From contig JBNRSN020000010.1 in assembly GCA_051313645.2 (NCBI GenBank), positions 159,030,001 to 159,094,000 of the forward strand: DNA of 64,000 nt. The letters run 5' to 3'. Numbering within the stretch: the stretch's first letter is position 1; each line of letters opens with the position of its first letter. Made by a program: the position numbers and the translations under genes. Below the pieces are notes generated by a model. It did not search any database. It was given only the letters and a program-made list of their open reading frames with translations, and had not been told where the DNA came from. This DNA comes from Centroscyllium fabricii (taxonomy: Eukaryota). Positions 24,778 to 36,420 of this stretch are shown here, one piece after another.

Positions 24778-25320
24778 GAACGGCATATCATCCGTTTAGA
24801 GCGGGGGATCGCCTGTTTAGAGCAGGAGATCGGCTGTTTAGAGTGGTTGATTGGCCGTTTAGAGCGGGGGATCCGCCGTTTAGAGCGGGAGAGCGGCCGT
24901 TTGGAGTGGGAGATCGGCTGTTTAGAGCAGGAGATCGGCTGTTTAGAGCAGGAGATCGGCTGTTTAGAGTGGGGGATCCGCCGTTTAGAGCGGGAGAGCG
25001 GCCGTTTGGAGCGGGAGAGCGGCTGTTTAGAGCGGGGGATTGGCCGTTTAGAGCGGGGGATCGGCCGTTTAGAGCGGGGGATCGGCCGTTTAGAGCGGGG
25101 GATCGGCCGTTTAGTGCGGGAGATCGGCCGTTTAGAGCGGGGGATCGGCCGTTTAGAGCGGGGGATCGGCCGTTTAGAGCGGGGGATCGGCCGTTTAGAG
25201 CGGGAGATCGGCCGTTTAGAGCGGGGGATCGGCCGTTTAGAGCGGGGGATCGGCCGTTTAGAGCGGGGGATCGGCCGTTTAGTGCGGGAGATCGGTCGTT
25301 TGGAGCGGGAGGTCGGCCGT
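24778..25320. repeat. 21-bp minisatellite, ~26 units (GGCCGTTTAGAGCGGGGGATC)
   Basis: Directly visible tandem units with no spacers. Confidence 0.95.
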
Positions 25321-25418
25321 TTTTTTCCTCAGCATGGCATCAACAGCACGAGATGGGGTAGGAACGTGTTTTTTCTGCTGCAGCTTCAATTTATTTAAGA
25401 AAAAAATGATTATGTTGG

Positions 25419-25662
25419 TGTGGTAAACCACTGTTGTTCTCTAGGTTCACTCTTGTCCTGCGCGACATAACCTGTCTGTGCATGCCTCTGCTGGCCCCGC
25501 CCCTGGCTCCACCCATATGCCCTGGTATAAAGGTGGCTGCTCTCCAGCTCCCTGGCATTCAGGAGCGGTCGACCCCTAGAGGCATGCTCTCGTTCTTAAG
25601 CTAATAAAAGCCTGTTTGTTACTTTCCTAACTTCCAGTCTCTCAGTAATTGATAGCGCATCA
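25419..25662 (+). mobile_element. Solo LTR (244 bp), 5-bp TSD GTTGG, family-F-like
   Basis: TGTGGTAA...CATCA termini; TATAAA and AATAAAAGCC present; GTTGG at 25414-25418 and 25663-25667. Confidence 0.9.
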
Positions 25663-25750
25663 GTTGGCGCAACCCTGGACTTCGGTTTTTGAAGCTTTTC
25701 GGTTTTTGGAGTTGCGGATAAGGGATTGTGTACCTGTATTACCCACGATA

Positions 25751-26497
25751 GCCTGGAATTTGCGGTCAGTGGTGAAGTGATGCTGATCGCCGGTGACCTC
25801 AAAGAAAGCTGCCCAACAAAGATGTTGCAATCTCTGTGGTAAAATTGATTGTAGCGCTGTCTGTAGGGAATCTCCAGCGTACAGTAGCAGTGATGTCATC
25901 AAGCTGGCTAAACAATCACATTGAAGAATTATCGCAGACAGCAAACCAGTAAATATAAAATAGCTTTTATCATTCACTGTTTAAATTTTTTATAGAGAGC
26001 AAAATAAAGATTGGGCCATACACATGCAGTTAAGGTAAAGGCTGAAATATCATAAACAAACTTTAAACATTTTTTAAAATATTTTTTATTCTTTTAAAAA
26101 TCCAGTCATTTTTATCATAATGGAGAAATTTGACATTCCACAAATATAAAATTAGTTTTCAGGGCCAGAATGGTTGATTAGCAGTAGATATTGCTCAGAA
26201 CACTGTTAAAACCCAGTTACACCTCAATGAACAAGGTGTAACTTTTACGGGGTTTTTAACAGCGATATTAGAATGGAAAAGGGAAGTTTTTATCAGTTCC
26301 AGTGATTTCAGTGATTTCCGGTTCTGGGGAGTACTACAGTGCAGCTTGTGGCAGAGCAAGGAATGACTGACCGCAACTTCAGGATTTCCGCGTTTATCTG
26401 CACATACGCTAAATCTGGAAGTTGTGGTCAGTTTCAGAGGAGTAATGACGGCGAGCGCTGACAGCTTCGCCATCATTACCACAGCAAAATTTGGACT
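25751..26497. mobile_element. Degenerate Harbinger-like MITE
   Basis: Imperfect inverted ends (GCCTGGAATTTGC / GCAAAATTTGGACT). Its right portion is homologous to 41416-41537. Confidence 0.45.
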
Positions 26498-26735
26498 AAT
26501 GTCTTTTTGATGTCCTCATGTAAGTTTTAGATTCTTGATATATTGTTGAGTAACTGAAACTCAGAGGAAAATATTGTCCAACACTGCCATCAAGTGTCCC
26601 TCCTAGGAAAGATCTCTTAAGGTCCAAATCGTGTGTAATGTATATGGGCAGATTTCTAATCATACTTTCTTGTATCAGAGGTTGATGGTATGTTCACTGT
26701 ACATTGTCATAATGCCAGAACAATTAGGAGATCTG

Positions 26736-28762
26736 GGGGGAAAATTTGGTTGCTTTGCGCCTCCCGTTAGTGCCCTAAGAGGGTGCTAATGGGGCACAAA
26801 GCAACTAGCGCCCGGGCACGGCAATGTTTGTGCCGCTCGCGAAATTGACCAGACATTTTGTGGCAGCGCTAAATACGGCTGCACCTGCAGATCGTGACCT
26901 CAGTTGAGTGTGCAACGCCCTGGTAGCAACCTGTACCGGATATTGAGTGGCCTTACCTCCTGCCGTGAGCAACGACAGGTTGAGGGGAATGTTTTGCAGT
27001 CGGGAGGGCACTGGGAGAGCGCGATTTAAAGGCGGCCGCTTCCCGACCGTTTTTGTCGGTGACATTTTTGCACCACGAATTCTGAGAGAGCGACTTCTAT
27101 AGAGATTCAACGCCGTGTGAGGGAATTTTGGGTACTGAGCAGCACTTTGCAGGTTCATTTTGATTTGACCTTCCTTGCATCGATTTAGAAGAGAATGTGG
27201 GGGCTGCATTCTGAGCTCTTTCCCTGGGTCTCTCCATTGTTCTTTCCAGCAGATTTGATGTACAGGTCTCTCCAGGCCAAGATTCAAGGCTGCAATGAGT
27301 AGGGTGTGGATGGAGAGCAAGATCGACCCTCCCCTTTAAGAACTGGCCAGAACCAGTGTGTCTGTGTTCCATTGCTGACTGACATCACATGAGCTTCGCC
27401 AGCGCTCTGAGGTAATGCCTCGTTCTTCTGCGTTAACGCATTAAGAGAGGTGGGTAGTGCCTGATTTAGCGCTCCAATCACCTCCAGGGGCGATAGAAGC
27501 CAAGTTTGCAGTTGGAGACGATAATTAGCGCCAGGAGCTAACCTTTGCACCCGGCCAATAATTGCGCCCCAAACGGGGCGTTACTGAATTTCTCCCCCCT
27601 AAGGCTTTATGCAGACAAATTGGGGGCGGGGAGAGGGGGCAATTTTCAACTGGCATGAACATGGGTGCATGGTGGGCGGGGTGATCATGCGACCTGCTCG
27701 TTGGCTCCAGGGAGAAGCCTGAAAGCTTTGCAGGTTCTGGCCTCATTTATATAGTTTGGGAGTGTTGCCCGTGACTCAGTGAGTGCATACCGACAGCTTC
27801 ACACTGTGGATGGGGCAATGGGTGGGGGCTGCAATGAATCTATTGTCTCTGCCATAAGTCCTGAAGCAGGGGGAAGGCAATCTGGGGGGGCGGGGAACGG
27901 GGGGCGGAGGTGTAGGTGGGTGGCAATAGCAGCTGGCAACAGGCCCAAAGCTTTTTTGTGCAACCAGGAGGAGCATTCATGGTGGGATTTATAACCTAAA
28001 TAAAAAGGTGGGTTGGGGTTGTGTGGTAAGTTATAGGGGGAAAAATTGGGTCGCGCCCTGAAAAAGTTAGTGCCGTTCCACCTTAAATTGGGTTTTAGCA
28101 TCCAAAGTAGGAGGTGGGGTGCTACTGCAGGCACCCCACCTCGTTCCTTGGGCGCTACCACTCAATTTTGGGCCACTGTGTGCCGCTGCGCCATGCTCTA
28201 CAGCACACCGCGGTACTGCAGACCTCCCTCCCCTTCTTAAAGGGGAGTGGCCTAGCATGGCGCGGCCCAGGGCCCCGCTGGACCACCAGGGATCGGAGTG
28301 CCGGCAAAGGAGCCCAGTACTTGAGGGAAGTGCCGGGCTGACGGAGCACAGCCAGCACTCCACGGGGTGGCATCGGGGAAGGCCGGGGACGGCAGAGGGG
28401 GCAGATGCTGGCAGGCGGCCAGCAAGAAAAATGGCCGCCCGGCACCCCCCCCCCTTTAAATATCGCTCTCCCTGCTGCAACTGCGTCCCCCTGACCCTGT
28501 CAGAGACAGTGTCCGGCGCTAAGTCAGGGGGCGTGACTGAAGTTCGTGGCCGGGGCGTGAGCAAGGTGCTACGCATGGCGATGACGTCATCACCGGCAGC
28601 ACAGCGCCATGGGGCGCTGCTGGCTGCCACTGCTGCCGCCGCCGCCGCTGTCACCCTGCTACATATCGCGGAAGGTGCCAGCCCAAGCACTTGGTGCCTT
28701 GCGCCCCATTAGCACCCCTCGTAGGGCGCTAACAGCTGGCGCAAGCCACCCAATTTTTCCCT
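26736..28762. mobile_element. Harbinger-like non-autonomous element or composite of several
   Basis: ~65-bp imperfect terminal inverted repeats (GGGAAAATTTGG...GTGCTAATGGGGC) with CTG/CAG flanks. Additional internal ends at ~27600 and ~28036. Confidence 0.6.
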
Positions 28763-29679
28763 CAGTGTGTTAAAATTCTGATTCCCTACCAGAACCCGCC
28801 TCGAACCTGCACAGTTTTGGTTTCAATGGGGGCAGGAAGGGGGCAGCAGCCAACCCGCTCCCGGGAGGCGGGTCATCTATTTAAATATTATAATGAGGCT
28901 GGAAGCTTCTGCTTTAACCTCCATTTTGAATTTAACTTCAGCTGGTCAGGTTTTGCTGGCTTTGTGAAACCCGCCAGCTAAAGCAAGGCGAGGACTGCTG
29001 AATCCAGGAGGTACGTGCCTTTACACTAACCTCCTTTGGACCACCAAATTTAAATTTAATTTGTTAAGGTTTATTTAAAGTTTTATTGATTTACAGATAA
29101 TTGGTTATGTACCCAATCAAGAGAGTACACTAACCTCCTGAATCCAGCATCCCTACCTAACCCATCCCCCATGATCGGAGACCCCCCCACCCCCCCACGA
29201 AGCCTCCGATATCTCCGCAGGCCTCCCTCCCAATGCTCCTCCGACCGCCGATTGTTCCCTAACCGTCCCCCCCACCTGCTCCTCTGGCCCCCTATCTTCA
29301 CCCAACCCCCCGTGCTGGTCCTGGCCCCCGATCCTCAGCGACCTCTTCCCCCCCCCCCGTCCGTCCGTGCTGGTCCCGGCCCATGCTGTGCTCCTCTGGC
29401 TGACCCCTGGCCCACACGCAATCCCTTCCTCCCTCCTCTTTGTGGCCTAATGCCACAGGCCTACCCATCCGGAGCCAACCAGCTTTTCAATCTGGCTGGT
29501 TGCGGGTGGGAAACTGAGATTTCCCGTGCAATTCGAACCCTGCAGTTAAATTCAGCAGGGCCTGTGGCAAACCCGCTCTCTCGGGTTTCCCAACTAGTTC
29601 GGAGCGCCTCCCCACTCCCAATTAAAAATGTCTCTCCTGGGCCCTGAGAAATCACTGCAAAAAAGCTTTTGAGGTCATT

Positions 29680-30102
29680 TTCAAAATGGCCGCCATGATT
29701 GATGCTTCAGTGAATGATCTGCGCATGCGCAGATCATTCACCATGACCACCGTGAAGTTTTTAATGATCTGTGAAGCGCTTCCGAACGATCCCGGACCGG
29801 GCCTTCCCGAGCCGGGCCTCGCTTTCCCGAGCCGGGGCTTCCCGAGCCAGGCCTCGCCTCGCCTTACCGAGCCTTCCCGAGCTGGGCCTTGCCTCGCCTT
29901 GCCGAGCCGGGCCTCGCTTTACCAAGCTTTCCCGAGCTGGGCAGGGGCTCCCCGAGCCGGGCCTTACCGAGACTTACCGAACGATAAGCGCATACGCAGA
30001 GCACTCAAAATGGCCGCCAGCCTTTCGCCGTGGCCATTTTGAATTGTCCGCGCATGCGCTCGCCGAAGCTTCAATCGTTCCGGATTAACGGTGCTCAACC
30101 TG
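29680..30102. mobile_element. Partial Tigger-like MITE (right TIR only) with internal CCCGAGCCGGG repeats
   Basis: Ends ...CCGGATTAACGGTGCTCAACCTG-TA, related to the TIR at 24634/25736. Left TIR not found. Confidence 0.6.
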
Positions 30103-30289
30103 TATATATATTCTCTCTTTATTCAATCCACACTTTCATCTGGGCTTTTTTCTTTACTTTCCCAGAGCCGTTCACACCTATCCAGAGCCATCCTGTGTTC
30201 CTTGAATTTCTGATCTTTCTTTTGTTCTTTCAGCCCCCCTCCCCTGCTTTCCCCAGCCCCCACAGGCTTTAAAATCTAACCCCTCTCCG

Positions 30290-30846
30290 GCTGCTCCAGT
30301 TCTGAAGAAAGGTCATCGACCTGAAACGTTAAATCTGTTTCTCTCTCCACCGATGCTGCCTGGCCTGCTGAGGTTCTCCAGCGTTTTCTGTTGTTATTCC
30401 CCTTTAAGGAATGCCTGATACCAATGGGTGGAAGGTGCATGGCACACACTCTGCCCGTTGGTACTTGAAAATTGCAGCATGGGTCCCCCCGATTCAGATG
30501 TTTTAATAAGGCTCCTTCCTGGTTTGGGTGGGAGCTGTCGCCATCCATTTCTAGGCCTGCTCAAAAGTTGAGTCGGGTGGGCTGTAGTAACATAATAAGA
30601 CTGAATTAAGGAGGAGATTTCCGGTTTCCAGATTCTGATTAAATCCTGAATATTCATGAAGTCTAAGACAATGGCGGGCACGTGATTATCTCTGGGCTGT
30701 CTGTGGAAGAACGAACAGCAAAAAGCAAGATACTACAGATGCTTTAAATCTGAAATAAAAACAGAAATTGCAGGTCAGGCAGCATCTATGGAAATAGAAA
30801 GAGAGGGTTAACACTTCAGGTCAATGACCTTTTGTCAGAACTGGAA
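30290..30846. mobile_element. Two inverted Penelope-type terminal-repeat fragments (30290-30400 plus, 30722-30846 minus)
   Basis: CTGAAGA-AAGGTC ATC GACCT-GAAACGTT...GATGCTGCCTG and a degenerate reverse complement of it. Confidence 0.65.
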
Positions 30847-30917
30847 GATGTTACAGATGAACAGGACCAGGGATCAGGGGACAGGAAAAGACTTCTGGAA
30901 ATTAATCATCTCCTGCC

Positions 30918-31338
30918 AAGGTTGTTCTCCTTGGAGCAGAGAAGGTGGAGAGGAGATTTGATAGAGGTGTTCAAAATCATGATGTGTCTAGACAGAGTAG
31001 ATCGAGAGAAACTGTTCCCATTAGCGGAAGGGTCGAGAACAAGAGGACACAGATTTAAGGTGATTTGCAGAAGAACTCAAAGCGACAAGGGAAACACTTT
31101 TTGTCGCAGCGAATGGTTAGGATCTGGAATGCACCGCCTGAAAGGGTGGTGGAGGCAGATTCAATCGCGGCTTTCAAAAGGGAATTGGATAAGTAGCTAA
31201 AGGAAACAAAATTGCAGGGCTACGGGGAAAGGGCGGGGGAAGTGGGACTAGCTGAAGTGCTCTTGCAGAGAGCTGGCATGGACTCGATGGGCCAAATGGC
31301 CTCCTTCTGTGCTGTAACCATTCTGTGATTCTATTCTA
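30918..31338 (+). mobile_element. CR1 3' fragment
   Basis: LFSLEQRRWRGDLIEVFKIM...TRGH followed by a CR1-type 3' UTR ending ATTCTATG. Confidence 0.88.
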
Positions 31339-31375
31339 TGCCCGCCACCCAATCCCAGAGCTCTCTGTTATTTCC

Positions 31376-31409
<34 letters not shown>

Positions 31410-31600
31410 ACCTTGCTAGCAGTTTTGTTTTTGTTTTACAAACTCAACTCAACTTCCCCCAACTGTCAGGGAATATGATTCCGTGCTCATATCTACACAT
31501 ACAAGAAGTCACACAACACCAGGTTATAGTCCAACAGTTTTATTTGAAATCACAAGTTTTCGGAGCGCTGCTCCTTCCTCAGGTGAAATGAACTTCTCTT

Positions 31601-31637
31601 TCGCCTGAGGAAGGAGCAGCGCTCCGAAAGCTTGTGA
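31601..31637 (+). ncRNA. Minimal type I hammerhead-ribozyme-like motif
   Basis: Stem I TCGC/GTGA, core CTGAGGA, an extra A, stem II GGAGC/GCTCC, GAAA, palindromic AGCT helix III, and a CUU cleavage triplet. Confidence 0.65.
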
Positions 31638-31659
31638 TTTCAAATAAAACTGTTGGACT

Positions 31660-32068
31660 ATAGAAACATAGAAACATAGAAGATAGGAGCAGGAGTAGGC
31701 CATTCGGCATTTCGAGCCTGCTCCGCCATTCAATGAGATCATGGCTGATCATCCAAACCCAGAACCCCGCCCCTGCCCTGTCCCCATATCCCTCGATCCC
31801 TATCGAGCCTGCACAGTCACATATCCCACCCTATCCCCGTAACCCCACACATTCAATCCCCCCAACACTAAGGGTCAATTTATCCTGGCCGATCAACCTA
31901 ACCCGCACATCTTTGGACTGTGGGAGGAAACTGGAGCACCCGGAGGAAACCCACGCAGACACGGGGAGAATGTGCAAACTCCACACAGATAGTACCCGAG
32001 GCTGGATTTGAACCCGGGTCTCCAGTGCTGTGAGGCAACAGTGTTAACCACTATGCCACCGTGCCGCC
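31660..32068 (-). mobile_element. HE1-like V-SINE (tRNA head, V domain, CR1-type tail)
   Basis: A and B boxes, V-domain TGTGTGGAGTTTGCACATTCTCCCCGTGTCTGCGTGGGTTTCCTCC, and a (TTTCTATG)n tail matching CR1 ends in this window. Confidence 0.88.
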
Positions 32069-32605
32069 CATAACCTGGTGTTGTGTGACTTCTTGCATTT
32101 GTCCACCCCAGCCCAACACCGGCAGCTCCACATCATATCTACACAGACAGGGATCAGACACAGCAATGTTAGATCGAAGCAGGACTTACTGTCTAGAAAT
32201 GTAATTAGTTCTATGTTTATCAATGCAATAATGTCAAACATGCAAAAAACAACTTTGCTTATTGGATTAATGTCTTCATACATAGCTAACAGATGTGGTG
32301 CAGAACAAAGATTGGGAAAACGATTCACACCCGAGCTGCCTAATCACACTAATTAGCAAAATTAAGACTAAATGATTCACACATTATAAAAATTAGCATC
32401 AAATGCTTGGCAGAACTGTGATAACAGACCAAAAGAAAATTCATAATGTTGTGGTGAGTAGAATGGATTAAATCTATAAGATAACTGGTTATTTTGAATA
32501 AATAATGTACAGTATCTCAATTTGTTTAGGTATAGTTCAGAGCTTTGTGATACCAGCTTATTTTTTGCTCTCATTGGCACTTAAGGAAATATAAAGTTAC
32601 TTCCC

Positions 32606-32936
32606 TGATGTGCCAAATGACTACCTGGATTCGAGAGGTTTAAACTTAAAACTAAAGGCTTTTATTAAGTTAGAACATGGCATCGAGTTAACACAGAGCC
32701 ACCTTCATTCATCACCAACCCAGCCCTTATGAGCAAAACTCACACCCATGGGGCTAGGGTGGAGCATCAGTGATAAGACCTGCGGACTATTCCAGAACAT
32801 TAACAAGTAATACAAAGGCCAGAACGCACAGTTATTTCAACAAGTACAAACAAGCAATACAAAGGCCAGAACACACAATTATTTCAACAAGTACAAACAA
32901 GTAATACAAAGGCCAGAACACAGTTATTTCATCACA
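32606..32936 (-). mobile_element. Solo LTR (331 bp), 5-bp TSD TTCCC, with 3 internal ~46-bp repeats
   Basis: TG...CA termini; TTCCC at 32601-32605 and 32937-32941; minus-strand AATAAAAGCC. Confidence 0.85.
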
Positions 32937-34160
32937 TTCCCAGACATGAATCATTCTTTGCTTGGTGTGTGCAAGGAAGAAAATGCAAATGCTGATTTTT
33001 TAAAATAAAAGCAAATTTTTCACCAGCGCCACATGCAAACACAGTCAATGCAAAGTTCAGAGGAAACATCCAGACTGTACCAGGAGTAATTCCGAACTTT
33101 TACAATCCTTCATACTGCATACTGTGATTTTAATATGCATATAGATTGGGTTACTCAAACTGGAAGCAATACAGTAGAGGAAGATTTCCTGGAGTGCCTA
33201 AGGGATGGTGTCCTAGACCAATATGTTGAGGAACCAACTAGAGGGGAGGCCATCCTGGACTGGGTGTTGTGTAATGAGGGAGGACTAATTAGCAATCTTG
33301 TGGTGCGCGGCCCCTTGGAGAAGAGTGACCATAGTATTTTGGAGTTCTACATTAGGATGGAGAAGGAAACAGTTAATTCAGAGACCATGGTCCAAAACTT
33401 AAATAAGGGCAACTTCGAAGGTATGAGGCATGAATTGGCTAGGTTAAATTGGCAAACGATATTTAAGGGGTTATCAGTGGATGGGCAATGGCAGACATTT
33501 AGAGATTGCATGGAGGAACTGCAACAATTGTACATCACTGTCTGGCGTAAAAATAAAAAAGGGAAGGTGTCTCAACCATGGCTAACAAGGGAAATCAGGG
33601 ATAGTATTAAAGCCAAGGAAGTGGCATACAAATTGGCCAGAAGTAGCAGCAAACCCGGGGACTGGGAGAAATTTAAAACTCAGCAGAGGAGGATGAAGGG
33701 TTTGATTAAGGCAGGGAAAATAGAATATGAAGGAAGCTTGCAGAGAACATTAAAACTGACTGCAAAACCTTCTATAGATATGTAAAGAGAAAGAGGTTAG
33801 TAAAAACAAACGTAGGTCCCCTGCAGTCAGAATCAGGGGAAGTCATAATAGGGAACAAAGAAATGGCAGATCAATTGAATAAGTACTTTGGTTCGGTATT
33901 TACTAATGAGGACACAAACAACCTGCCGGACATAAAAGGGGTCAGAGGGTCTAGTAAAAAGGAGGGGCTGAGGGAAATCCTTATTAGCCGGGAAAATGTG
34001 TTGGGGAAATTGATGGGACTGAAGGCTCATAAATCCCCAGGGCCTGATGGTCTGCATCCCAGAGTACTTAAGGAGGTGGCCTTGGAAATAGTGGATGCAT
34101 TGGCGATCATTTTCCAACATTCCATGGACTCTGGATCAGTTCCGATGGAGTGGAGGGTGG

Positions 34161-35107
34161 TGTCAAAGTTTCGACCGTTCAAAAGTAAGATTCTGTGAAA
34201 CAAACTTATCGTCAAAGTATAATTTTATTAACAGCAGCTTGCTAGCAAGGGGAGACCCACATAGTCAAAAAGGCTATGCTGGCTGCTCCGAATACATGGT
34301 CAAGAATCAGTAGTTTTATACACAAAGATCAAAGCTTTCTATCATGTGACACGTTACTGAGTCACGAATAATAACGGAATAAAACAAAAGACAGAGATGA
34401 GTAAATAATACCTTTAAGATCATAACAATGATGACCTAAGGTCTTGGGAACATTTTCATTTAAAGATCACATAGGTCTGCAAAAGGGCTAAAACTCATGA
34501 CACAGAAATACTTTCAGATACTGCTAGCAAATCGAACATAGAACATAGAACATACAGCACTGTACAGGCCCTTGGGCCCTCAATGTAGTGCCGCGCTTAG
34601 TCCGTCTCCGATTTTTCCTGTCCCCCCTACTCTTCCTTCCCCTCCATGTACCTATCTATCATCCTTTTAAAAGCTCCCAGACTGTCCACATCCACTATTT
34701 CAGATGGTAGTCTATTCCACTCCCCGACCACTCTCTGTGTAAAGAACTTGCCCCTGCCATCCCTTCTGAATCTTCCTCCTTGAATGATGGAGACAGTTTG
34801 TTTCTAACCAGTAGTTCTGGGCATTCATACAGTTGTTTACAGTTTCTCTGTTCTCTGGTTCTCAGGCTTTGCTCAGCATGGCTTATCTTATTGATGGACC
34901 TGCCTGGCCTTCAGGCCGAGAGAGTCACCACCTTCCTGTAGCTGACTCCTAATATGGGCATGCCTCTTTCCTTTTGTCTTCTTACATGGAAACCATTTTA
35001 GCCTTGCTGAAATTCCAGACTCCATTTTAGGTTTAAGGGAATTATGTGCTTATTTAAGACTAATATGTGTGGATAAATATATGTTTCTATGCTACTGCAC
35101 TTCTACA
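34161..35107 (-). mobile_element. Solo LTR with 4-bp TSD GTGG (ERV-like or Gypsy), itself carrying a CR1 tail
   Basis: TGT...ACA ends; GTGG at 34157-34160 and 35108-35111; minus-strand TATAAAA ~34317 and AATAAA ~34226. Confidence 0.85.
34533..34785 (-). mobile_element. Short CR1 'B' 3' fragment
   Basis: Reverse complement closely matches 38195-38447. Confidence 0.9.
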
Positions 35108-36420
35108 GTGGCTAATGTAACCCCACTTTTAAAAAAAGGAGGGAGGGAGAAAACAGGGAATTACAGACATTGGTAGTGGGTAAAATGATGGAATCAATTA
35201 TTAAGGATGTCATAGCAGACCATTTGGAAAGTGGTGACATGATAGGTCCAAGTCAGCATGGATTTGTGAAAGGGAAATCATGCTTGACAAATCTTCTGGA
35301 ATTTTTTGAGGATGTTTCCAGTAGAATGGACAGGGGAGAACCAGTAGATGTGGTGTATTTGGACTTTCAGAAGGCTTTCGACAAGGTCCCACACAAGAGA
35401 TTGGTGTGCAAAGTTAAAGCACATGGGATTGGGGGCAATGTGTTGATGTGGATTGAGAACTGGTTGGCACACAAGAAAGAAAGTGTACGAGTAAATGGGT
35501 ACTTTTCAGAATGGCAGGCAATGACCAGCGGGGTACCGCAAGGTTCGGTGCTGGGGCCCCAGCTGTTTACATTATATAGTAATGATTTGGACGAAGGGGT
35601 TAAATGTTGTATTTCCAAATTTGCGGATGACACTAAATTGGGAGGCAGTGTGAGCTGCGCGGAGGATGCTAAGAGGCTACAGAGTGACTTGGACAGGTTA
35701 GGTGAATGGGCAAATGTATGGCAGATGAGGTACAATGTGGATAAATGTGAGGTTATCCACTTTGGTGGTAAAAATAGAGAGACAGACTATTATTTGAATG
35801 GTGACAGATTAGGGAAAGGGGAGGTGCAACGAGACCTGGGCGTCATGGTACATCCGTCACTGAAGGTGGAAATGCAGGTACAGCAGGCAGTTAAGAAAGC
35901 AAATGGCATGTTGGCCTTCATAGCGAGGGGATTTGAGTACAGGAGTAGGGAGGTGTTGCTACTGTTGTACAGGGCCTTGGTGAGGCCACACTTGGAGCAT
36001 TGTGTGCAGTTTTGGTCTCCTAACTTGAGGAAGGACATTCTTGATATTGAGGGAGTGCAGCGAAGGTTCACTAGATTGATTCCCGGATCAACTGAACTTG
36101 TACTCTCTGGAGTTCAGAAGAATGAGGGGGGATCTCAGAAACATTTAAAATCCTGACGGGTTTAGACAGGTTAGATGCGGGTGGAATGTTCCCAATGTTG
36201 GGGAAGTCCAGAACCAGGGGGCACAGACTAAGGATAAGGGGTAGGCCATTTAGGACCGAGATGAGGAGAAACTTCTTCACCCAGAGAGTGGTGAACCTGT
36301 GGAATTCTCTACCACAGAAAGTTGTTGAGGCCAGTTCGCTAAATATATTCAAAAGGGAGTTAGATGTAATACTTACAACTAGGGGGATCAAGGGATATGG
36401 AGAGAAAGCCGGAATGGGGT

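Larger units (their letters stand above)
24634..25736. mobile_element. Tigger/pogo-like MITE with TA TSD, carrying a minisatellite and a solo LTR
   Basis: TA-CAGGTACACAACCCTTTATCCGCAA ... TTGCGGATAAGGGATTGTGTACCTG-TA. Confidence 0.88.
31504..32135 (+). mobile_element. Non-coding Penelope-derived insertion with an inverted 5' repeat and hammerhead-like motifs, interrupted by a SINE
   Basis: 31504-31588 is the reverse complement of 31600-31660 plus 32070-32094. The flanks duplicate TCATATCTACACANACA (31487-31503, 32133-32149). Confidence 0.78.

Noticed and set aside
24778-25320. CRISPR array
   Set aside because: The units are contiguous with no unique spacers, there are no cas genes, and the context is eukaryotic.
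28067-28712. GC-rich ~200-aa ORFs on both strands as a CpG-island gene
   Set aside because: They lie inside Harbinger-like inverted ends, are low in complexity and show no domain signal.
31379-31409. Poly-C run, and poly-G at 60009-60028, as functional elements
   Set aside because: Simple homopolymer expansions or read artefacts; the G run merely frameshifts a decayed RNase H.
31990-32068. tRNA genes here and at 15975-16067
   Set aside because: The A/B boxes belong to SINE heads and continue into SINE bodies and LINE-derived tails.
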